Shown here: positions 1-6,809 of the stretch, piece after piece | Layout of the letters: each line of letters begins with the position of its first letter | How positions within the stretch are numbered: the first letter of the stretch is position 1 | Assembly (NCBI GenBank): GCA_965369865.1 | Contig: CBDURU010000113.1 | Location: 1-11,434 of the forward strand | Origin: an uncultured bacterium | Lineage (GTDB): Bacteria; JAJVIF01; JAPKYR01 | DNA length: 11,434 nt | Direction of reading: 5' to 3' | The notes under the pieces: model-generated | Seen by the model: only the letters and a program-made list of their open reading frames with translations | Databases searched by the model: none | Told to the model about the DNA's origin: nothing | Program-made: the position numbers and the translations under genes

Positions 1-1318
1 CCCCGATTAAAAACATCAGGGCGAGAAGAACTCCGAAAACACGGTTGAATTTTGCGGTGAATTCAGGATCGGTTTTCAGCCGGGTAAGCAGGTGATCCAA
101 AACGAAACTAGCAACAATAATCATGAAGGTCAGCGTGAGAAAGTCGGGTTTAACAGTGCTGATGCGGAATCCGGGGAGGATTTTCGCGATGAACATGTAG
201 AAATCGTGGAACGCGAGACACAGGAGTCCGAAAATCGCAGCGATGGTGAAGAATTTCACCTTCCTGTTGCGCCAGACAATCGGGAAGAAAAGAAATCCGA
301 ACGCCGCGAGAATTCCGATGTAGGTGTGGTTGTAAATCCCGAGCACATATTCCGGAAGCGGGCTGACCGGATCGACAAGGTAATCGCCCCAGAGTGTCGG
401 GAAGAAAATCGCGAGAAGGTATGCGGGTGATGTGTGCTGTTCGAGTTCGGTCAGTGATTGGAGTTCGATGTCGAATTCCGGCTGGGCACGTATTGACTCG
501 TTGAAAAATTCAATTGTCGGGAGATTCTGCATTCCGCCTAGGAGAAATACAAGTACAAGCATCGCCGCCAACGCAGATAATCGCAGTACTGATTTTTTCA
601 TGCCGCCTTTATATGCAAACAGGACCCACGCCGCGAATATGTAAATTCCGAACACGACCATCTGCGGGTAACTTGCCAATGTGAGTAAAGTAAATGAAAT
701 AATGAAACCTGTAATCCCTTTAATGTCCCGGAATGTGCACGCGCGATGGAGGTAATACATCGACATCACGATGTAACATTTGTCGGCGACGATGAATCCC
801 ATCCATGGAATGTACGCGCCCATAAAAATGAACGAGATCGCTCCGAAAGTCGCAGCGGGACGGGAAACCCTGAGCGATTTCAGGAAGAGATACATAAACC
901 ATGCCGCGGCAAGATAGTGAATGAAATAGAAAACGGTGAGTGCGGCTATCGGAGGCAGCAGCCATACGGGTATCAGGACCAGCGGGTTGAAAAGCCCGGT
1001 AAGACGGTTCGCGGTGAACGGGGTGCCCGAAAACATCCGGGTGTTCCACAGCGGGAAATCGCCATTTTGGAGATTCTCATGCGCGTAAATAGCCCAGGGG
1101 TATGTCTGCGTGGTGGGATCGTCGGCGAAACTCTCGGGACGGGACCAGTCTTCGGCCGGGAGTTCACTTCGCCACGGTTCGAAATCCCTGAGTGAACTCA
1201 TGAAAGGCTCATGAGAACCCCCTATGATGCCCCTGAAGGTCCACAGGACGAGAAGCAGGAGGATACCGAGGATGAGTATATCCCCTCTCTCAAATCGCCA
1301 GTTATCGGGCCGCGACAT
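1..1318 (-). CDS. YfhO-like polytopic membrane protein (putative GT-C glycosyltransferase), 3'-truncated by the window edge
   Basis: Not in the ORF track. Hand translation from ATG at 1318 stays open to position 2: MSRPDNWRFERGDILILGILLLLVLWTFRG...DDPTTQTYPW...NGDFPLWNTRMFSGTPFTANRLTGLFNPL...GGMQNLPTIEFFNESIR...TYIGIL...LPGFR. The G.FPLWN...FSG.PF.A and Q.LP..E...S.R motifs and many hydrophobic helices match YfhO/GT-C proteins. Confidence 0.85.
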   Translation of the reverse strand, partial: MSRPDNWRFERGDILILGILLLLVLWTFRGIIGGSHEPFMSSLRDFEPWRSELPAEDWSRPESFADDPTTQTYPWAIYAHENLQNGDFPLWNTRMFSGTPFTANRLTGLFNPLVLIPVWLLPPIAALTVFYFIHYLAAAWFMYLFLKSLRVSRPAATFGAISFIFMGAYIPWMGFIVADKCYIVMSMYYLHRACTFRDIKGITGFIISFTLLTLASYPQMVVFGIYIFAAWVLFAYKGGMKKSVLRLSALAAMLVLVFLLGGMQNLPTIEFFNESIRAQPEFDIELQSLTELEQHTSPAYLLAIFFPTLWGDYLVDPVSPLPEYVLGIYNHTYIGILAAFGFLFFPIVWRNRKVKFFTIAAIFGLLCLAFHDFYMFIAKILPGFRISTVKPDFLTLTFMIIVASFVLDHLLTRLKTDPEFTAKFNRVFGVLLALMFLIG

Positions 1319-1324
1319 GGGAGT

Positions 1325-1330
1325 ATTCTA
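1325..1330 (-). promoter_or_regulatory. Putative -10 element (TAGAAT) of a leaderless promoter for the YfhO-like gene
   Basis: Minus strand reads gcgcTAGAATactcccATG: a TAnnnT hexamer 6 nt before the ATG, with no Shine-Dalgarno sequence. Confidence 0.5.
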
Positions 1331-1373
1331 GCGCATTATTGGGTATAGAAGTAGGGTAGTCGTGAGTAAGGTC

Positions 1374-3629
1374 CTATTGTGAAAGTTTCAGTACATAAGC
1401 ATCAGTGCCGCCATTCGAATTATGCATATCGCTTTCCCATGGTGGGCCGAGGTCGATGCTTCCGGAAAATGACCCGCAGACATAAATGGTACCTGAATCA
1501 TCTGCACAAACAGAATTAGAAGTTATACTATCTAATTCCGACCCTCCCCATGTCTCAACCCAGAGGAAATTTCCGTCCGGACCAAAAGCGCTGACATAAC
1601 CTGATTCAATGCCTTTACTTGTCTTAAAGGTCGAGTCAGGACCTGGATCGAAATCGACAGAACCGGTGAAAGTGCCGGTTGTAATGAAAGATCCATCTTC
1701 GTAAAGGTGAAAGTCATTGATATCTGCACCCGACCAAATGCTCCATAATATCTCACCGTCAGGTGATATCTTACTCACACCATTGTTATAAGATACAATG
1801 AGGTAAATATTTCCATCAGCATCTGATTTGATCATATTGAAACGGTATGACCCTGGTGGATACGGTATTTCCCAAATCGGTGCTCCATCCCAGTCAATGT
1901 GTCTAATAACATTGGAGGGAATTCCCCCCCCTTCGTTTAATGCAAGTACTATTCCATTTTTATTAACCCCGACAACCATAGAACTAATGCCAGGGCTACT
2001 ATTAGAAATCCACGAAACATAGGCTAATTGTATATTCCATATCTGGCTGTTATTCATACTATGTATGAGAGACATTTTTTCCCAATCTTCAACATAAGTC
2101 CTGTAGGATGTCCACCATTGCAACTCCGAATCCCACCACCAGTCGTCATAATATTCAACATATCCAGTGTATTGGATATAATAAATTTCTCCATTGTAAC
2201 CACATGCAACGGGATAATATGCATAAGAATACTTCCAGCCCCACCAGGGAAAAGCACCACCTGATCCACCGCTCGCATTCTCTTTATAATTCTCCCAATA
2301 TGACAGGTCAACAGTATCAAAGCAACGTATATACGGTCCTTTATAATTAGCCGGTCCTGAATAATAATACCTGCCAGTAATATAGAGACTTCCATCACCA
2401 TCACTGGTAAGACTTCTAAAATCATTCGAATCCCAGTAGGTTGCCGCAATTACTGCAAAACCTGCCGGTTTAAACTTACAGAGGTATGTTGATTTATTGT
2501 CCGCGGTTAGAAAATATTCCAACCACCCGGAATCGAAATCAACTTCCCCTTCGAATGTACCCGCTGAATGTAGATTACCATCAGGATCAAGTTCGATACC
2601 CAAGGCGGTGTCATCTTCAGAGCCACCGTAAGTGCCCCCATAGGCGGCTGCGGGATGATCCTGGATTACGGTTATCTGTAACGGTTCGTCCAGCATGTCA
2701 TTCAGCCCGGTTGAATCGGTTACGCGAAGCTGGATATCGAACACTCCAGGTTTGACAAATTCTATATAAGGCTCCTTCTCGAAATTCTCTACAATAAAAC
2801 CATCATCTGAATTAAAAGAAAAATCCCATTCCCATTTTACCAGGTCTCCGGGACCGTCCGGATCGCTTGAAATATTATGGAATTTCACATAATTTCCAAA
2901 GCTAATTACATCGGCATCTATAAATGCCACTGCTTCCGGAGGGTGCGGGATAGACACAACCGAAATCTCAATCGGATCGTCAAGCATGTCTGATAACCCA
3001 CCGGAATCAATAACTCGCAACTGAACAAGGAAATTCCCTGCTGCTTCATAAACGCGAACCGGATCCTCTGCACCATCCTCAAACTGGAAACCATCGTTTG
3101 GGTTGTACGAGAAATCCCATTCCCATTGGATAATATCGTCGTTGCCATCCGGGTCTGTTGAATCGTCGAAGAACTGAATTTCCACTCCTGGTTCAACCTC
3201 GACAGTACTCACGTAAACGCCGGCGGTCGGTGAGTGATTCACAGGCGGTGGGTCATCGTCAGGGCCGGTAGACCCATCCGTGTTAATAATAATGCTGCTA
3301 ATTGACCTTATGACAGGACTGCCCTTGCTGGAATTTACCAGCACGCTGATGGTTATTTCAGTGTCAGCGTGGACCTCGGGAGCGGAATACAGGACGGTTG
3401 GATTATCTGGCCCATTAAAATCCCCGAAACCCGCAGGTTCAACAGCCCAGATGAAGGTGATTTCCGTGTCACCGGAAGCTTCAATACCGAATTCAACGGT
3501 AGTACCCTCCGGAATTTCAGCCGGACCGGAGAGATCGCCAACTACCAGACTGATTCCACCTCCACCCCCGGAACATCCAACAATTATTAGGATTAATAAG
3601 GTGATTGAAATTCTACAGGGAAGGGTCAT
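1374..3629 (-). CDS. Secreted lipoprotein: Ig-like domain + 2 PKD domains + SBBP-like beta-propeller (751 aa)
   Basis: Signal peptide with lipobox IVGC(19) and Gly linker. Two PKD motifs (STDPDG..I..WEWDF...G.F.VQLRV.D..G). C-terminal repeats GTFEGEVDFDSG / TGTFTGSVDFDPGP / WGGSELD / GGTDAYVLKLS are typical of SBBP-type propellers. SD AAGGAG at 3636-3641. Confidence 0.85.
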   Translation of the reverse strand: MTLPCRISITLLILIIVGCSGGGGGISLVVGDLSGPAEIPEGTTVEFGIEASGDTEITFIWAVEPAGFGDFNGPDNPTVLYSAPEVHADTEITISVLVNSSKGSPVIRSISSIIINTDGSTGPDDDPPPVNHSPTAGVYVSTVEVEPGVEIQFFDDSTDPDGNDDIIQWEWDFSYNPNDGFQFEDGAEDPVRVYEAAGNFLVQLRVIDSGGLSDMLDDPIEISVVSIPHPPEAVAFIDADVISFGNYVKFHNISSDPDGPGDLVKWEWDFSFNSDDGFIVENFEKEPYIEFVKPGVFDIQLRVTDSTGLNDMLDEPLQITVIQDHPAAAYGGTYGGSEDDTALGIELDPDGNLHSAGTFEGEVDFDSGWLEYFLTADNKSTYLCKFKPAGFAVIAATYWDSNDFRSLTSDGDGSLYITGRYYYSGPANYKGPYIRCFDTVDLSYWENYKENASGGSGGAFPWWGWKYSYAYYPVACGYNGEIYYIQYTGYVEYYDDWWWDSELQWWTSYRTYVEDWEKMSLIHSMNNSQIWNIQLAYVSWISNSSPGISSMVVGVNKNGIVLALNEGGGIPSNVIRHIDWDGAPIWEIPYPPGSYRFNMIKSDADGNIYLIVSYNNGVSKISPDGEILWSIWSGADINDFHLYEDGSFITTGTFTGSVDFDPGPDSTFKTSKGIESGYVSAFGPDGNFLWVETWGGSELDSITSNSVCADDSGTIYVCGSFSGSIDLGPPWESDMHNSNGGTDAYVLKLSQ
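3172..3214. repeat. 43-bp direct repeat, copy 1 (39/43 identical to 5683-5725)
   Basis: AACTGAATTTCCACTCC-tggt-TCAACCTCGACAGTACTCACGT: exact blocks of 17 and 22 bp. Confidence 0.9.
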
Positions 3630-3656
3630 TGCCTTCTCCTTTCTAAATTCTGTAGT

Positions 3657-6158
3657 CTACCAAAGTTTAATTATATGAACCCCATTTGTACTATCTGCCA
3701 GGTAAATATATGGCTCATCCAATGCAAGGTCTATACAGGTACCCGGAATTTGCATAGACACCACGGAGCTGACGTTAAGCGGATACCTGACATCAAAAAC
3801 CTGCAAGCCCAGTTGATTGGCGATATATGCGTACGAATCCCTGACTAAAATTCTTTCAGCTTGACCGTCGGTAGATACCTGGTTAATTTTCTCAAGCTCA
3901 CCTGGACTGGTAATCCGGAATATTTCGAAGCAGCTAGCACTACCCTTGTTGCTTGTCACATAAACAAGGTCATCCTGGACTGAAATACCACGAGCTGGAA
4001 AAGCAGTTGGATAATAATTGATAATATGAGTGTCCTCAGGTGGGTCGACGTCGATTGAGTATACAGTACCATTAAACGTGTCATATGCCGCAATATATGC
4101 ATATCCCTCCTGTACTTCAATATCAATTGGGATACCAGGGAAGTCGATATCGATAACTTTCTCCATTGATTCAGGCGGATCGACGTCAATAATCTCGAGC
4201 CACCCTGAAGAATTCCATGGCTTCTTATTTGCAATATATACATACCCATTTTCAATATCAAAGTCCCCATTTAGAGCACTATCTCGTATTTCAATCGAAC
4301 CAATACCAGTTAATTTGTTAATTGGGCTGACATCATATATAAGAAGATAGTAATAGGGTATCCTGCCAAGTACGTATGCATAATTTCCTTCTACAATAAT
4401 CCTATGGTAATCCAGTCCCGTATAATTTAAAATCTGTTCCGGTAATCCCGGTAATGTCATGTCATATTTTAATAAGTCACCGGCGGCTGCGAAAAGGTAG
4501 TTATTATTAACAGCAAGGTCCCTTGTCTCTGTAAACTCGTGCATATTAATGGGAAAATCCCAACCTGCAATTTGATCGATTCTTCCTATTCTCAAGGCTT
4601 CATCATTTGCGACAAATATTATATTTTCAAGTACTGAAAAGCAGGATTCCGAGGGATTGCCATAAGTTTGAAAAGAAATATTGTTCAATTCCTGGGATTC
4701 ATAATCAAAGTTAAAGAATTGGAAGCCTCTTGACCCAACAATTACAGATTCACCGACTACGTCAAAATCAACAATTAGCCCGTGGGCTGCCAGCGCTTCC
4801 TGGACAAGGTGCGCAGAACCAGGGGGGGTAATATCAAAAACCCTAAGATAGAAACGGCTGCATACAAAAGCATAACCCTGGTTGAGTTCCACTAAGTAGC
4901 TGGATTGGATTGAATCAATCGTATTAACCAGATATGAAGATTCAGGTGGCGAAATGTTTAAAATGTCCAGATCCTGGCTGTTATTGTTGACAACAACGGC
5001 ATAACCGTCCTCAACATCTATCGCGGTACATTCACCCGGCAAATCTACTTTCTGAATAAGATTAGCATCTTCCGGTGGATCAACATCGATTACAAATACA
5101 CCGGAATTCATAATAGCTGCATATGCAAACCCATCTTGCGCTGCAACATCCTGCCCAGTCCCACCTATATGGATAGTATTGACCAAAGATGGAGTTTCCG
5201 GATTGCCAATATTGATAATCTGCAAGGTTGCATCTTCTTCGCTTATAACGTAGGCAGTGCTTCCAACAATTGACAGCCGTTTGGGCTTATGTTCAAGACC
5301 CAGCGTAGTTACCATCAATGGCTGAGTAAAGTCTGTAAAATCAATAACAGTAAAGCCGAAATCAGGTGATAATAGGTAGACGTAATTTCCCAGGGCTTCT
5401 ATATCCGTAGGATCGAATTCATATCCCAGCCGGGTAACAATTTCGGGATTAAAAACTATAATGTCATGAACTGTGATCTCTATCGGACCGTCCAGCATAT
5501 CCGATATCCCGCCTGAATCGATAACCCTGAGCTGTATAGAATATGCTCCCTCCTCATCATATACATGCACCGGTTCCTGTTCTTCACTCTCGACCTGGAA
5601 ACCGATGTCAGGATCATATGAGAAATCCCATTCCCAGAGCACGATGTCGTCATTGCCGTCAGGATCGGTTGAGTCATCGAAAAACTGAATTTCCACTCCC
5701 ACCTCAACCTCGACAGTACTCACGTGGGCAGCAGCGGTCGGTGGATGATTAATTGGTGGAGGGTCATCATCATCCCCATTGTCCCCATCGTTGGGTTCAC
5801 CGATATCAACGATGGTTACGTTAGTAGATCGAATTACCGGCCCATCACGGTCGGAATTCACAACCACCCTGATAACAATCTCAAAATCAGCGTCGACTTC
5901 CGGAGCGGTAAATGTTGTCGATTTGGAATTTGGATTGCTGAGAATCCCAAATCCGACCGGATTCACTACCCAGAAACAGGTGATTCCTGAGTCACCTTCT
6001 GCATCGACCCTGAATTCAACGGTCGTTCCCTCAGGAACCTTAATGGGACCTGAGATACTCCCGACGATGAGAATATTCCCGCCCTGGGAGCAGCTTAGAT
6101 TGATTGTAAGAAACAGGGATACGATCAGTAGGAGGTGTAAAGCGAGGATGCGATTCAT
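3657..6158 (-). CDS. Secreted lipoprotein: Ig-like domain + PKD domain + LVIVD-repeat beta-propeller(s) (833 aa)
   Basis: Signal peptide ending NLSC(23). N-terminal ~230 aa is paralogous to the 751-aa protein. Recurrent G.YAYVA...L.IIDV.PP repeats (VFVIDVDPPED, LEIIDVDPPES, GLQVFDVRYP, YIYLADSTNGVHIIKLW) are LVIVD type. 27 bp to the next gene suggests an operon. Confidence 0.85.
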   Translation of the reverse strand: MNRILALHLLLIVSLFLTINLSCSQGGNILIVGSISGPIKVPEGTTVEFRVDAEGDSGITCFWVVNPVGFGILSNPNSKSTTFTAPEVDADFEIVIRVVVNSDRDGPVIRSTNVTIVDIGEPNDGDNGDDDDPPPINHPPTAAAHVSTVEVEVGVEIQFFDDSTDPDGNDDIVLWEWDFSYDPDIGFQVESEEQEPVHVYDEEGAYSIQLRVIDSGGISDMLDGPIEITVHDIIVFNPEIVTRLGYEFDPTDIEALGNYVYLLSPDFGFTVIDFTDFTQPLMVTTLGLEHKPKRLSIVGSTAYVISEEDATLQIINIGNPETPSLVNTIHIGGTGQDVAAQDGFAYAAIMNSGVFVIDVDPPEDANLIQKVDLPGECTAIDVEDGYAVVVNNNSQDLDILNISPPESSYLVNTIDSIQSSYLVELNQGYAFVCSRFYLRVFDITPPGSAHLVQEALAAHGLIVDFDVVGESVIVGSRGFQFFNFDYESQELNNISFQTYGNPSESCFSVLENIIFVANDEALRIGRIDQIAGWDFPINMHEFTETRDLAVNNNYLFAAAGDLLKYDMTLPGLPEQILNYTGLDYHRIIVEGNYAYVLGRIPYYYLLIYDVSPINKLTGIGSIEIRDSALNGDFDIENGYVYIANKKPWNSSGWLEIIDVDPPESMEKVIDIDFPGIPIDIEVQEGYAYIAAYDTFNGTVYSIDVDPPEDTHIINYYPTAFPARGISVQDDLVYVTSNKGSASCFEIFRITSPGELEKINQVSTDGQAERILVRDSYAYIANQLGLQVFDVRYPLNVSSVVSMQIPGTCIDLALDEPYIYLADSTNGVHIIKLW
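5683..5725. repeat. 43-bp direct repeat, copy 2
   Basis: AACTGAATTTCCACTCC-cacc-TCAACCTCGACAGTACTCACGT, at the same position (start of the PKD domain) in the paralog. Confidence 0.9.
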
Positions 6159-6195
6159 TGTTTGTCACGTGCCTTTCGTTTTATCACTCAATCTT

Positions 6196-6224
6196 GATAT
6201 ACTACATAATTTGAAGTTTGTCAA
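6196..6224 (-). promoter_or_regulatory. Putative sigma-70-type promoter for the lipoprotein pair
   Basis: TTGACA (6224-6219), 17-nt spacer, TATATC (6201-6196), 37 nt upstream of the ATG at 6158. The -10 lacks the canonical final T. Confidence 0.55.
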
Positions 6225-6249
6225 TGGCTATATCAAACGCATTATTTCA

Positions 6250-6271
6250 CCGGGTTTTTCAGCAAACCCGG
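6250..6271. repeat. Intergenic palindrome (REP-like hairpin or operator)
   Basis: CCGGGTTT-ttcagc-AAACCCGG: perfect 8-bp stem with no U-tract on either side. Confidence 0.5.
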
Positions 6272-6399
6272 GCATGGCATTCATCTCATGCTCATTCCTT
6301 ATTAATCCGTTTCATTTCTTTTAAAAGAGGGTTATTATTTCAATGCTTGGTTGAAGGAGAATCAAGGCCGGTATCTCAAGTGTAATCCATACCGAAGGC

Positions 6400-6801
6400 A
6401 TGATGCATCCGTGCCCGTCGGGGGATATCCAAAAGAGGTCGGTAACTATCCTGGATGAATTTGGGAGAAGATTGAGAATTTCACAGAGCGATACAGGCAC
6501 ACAAGCGTACGGCGGATTCTGGGTCGCGACCAGTGATCCTGAGACCGGAAGGACAATCGGGGTTGTTTCCAATAATGCCGGGTTATTTCTCTGGGACGCG
6601 GCTGAAAGCGGACAGGCGGTATTCTGGAGCGACAGGATCAGGACGATCCCGGGGATGACGATGGAAATCGCGTCGATGATCGTAGTGACGGACAAACCTG
6701 ATGTGATTCCGGTGCTGTCGGAGACGTTCAAATTCTGGGGAAGGACTGTAGTGGAGGAGGAAGCGGATCTGTCAGTTCTTGAAAAACAGATATCTAAATA
6801 A
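6400..6801 (+). CDS. Hypothetical protein (133 aa); start uncertain, possibly a C-terminal gene remnant
   Basis: Protein-like, beta-rich sequence (FWVATSDPETGRTIGVV, LFLWD, RTIPGMTMEIASMIVVT). It fills the gap between flanking genes and its stop converges on the 889-aa gene (8 bp apart). The RBS is weak, and the frame stays open upstream to a TGA at 6352-6354. Confidence 0.6.
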   Translation: MMHPCPSGDIQKRSVTILDEFGRRLRISQSDTGTQAYGGFWVATSDPETGRTIGVVSNNAGLFLWDAAESGQAVFWSDRIRTIPGMTMEIASMIVVTDKPDVIPVLSETFKFWGRTVVEEEADLSVLEKQISK

Positions 6802-6809
6802 GTTTTCTG

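Noticed and set aside
92..1195. Track ORFs 92-430, 432-644, 746-1195, 720-1049 and 973-1167
   Set aside because: Antisense or off-frame shadows of the YfhO-like gene, which occupies 1-1318 on the minus strand.
6250..6271. Hairpin as an intrinsic terminator
   Set aside because: No U-tract on either strand, and it lies between divergent gene starts.
1532..6324. Short ORFs overlapping the two PKD lipoproteins (e.g. 3280-3678, 4030-4350, 5779-6324)
   Set aside because: Shadow frames of well-supported genes with no recognisable motifs; their mutual similarity just mirrors the paralogy of the real genes.
6321..6731. 136-aa minus-strand ORF
   Set aside because: Antisense to 6400-6801, which looks more protein-like; no clear RBS. 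Not fully excluded.
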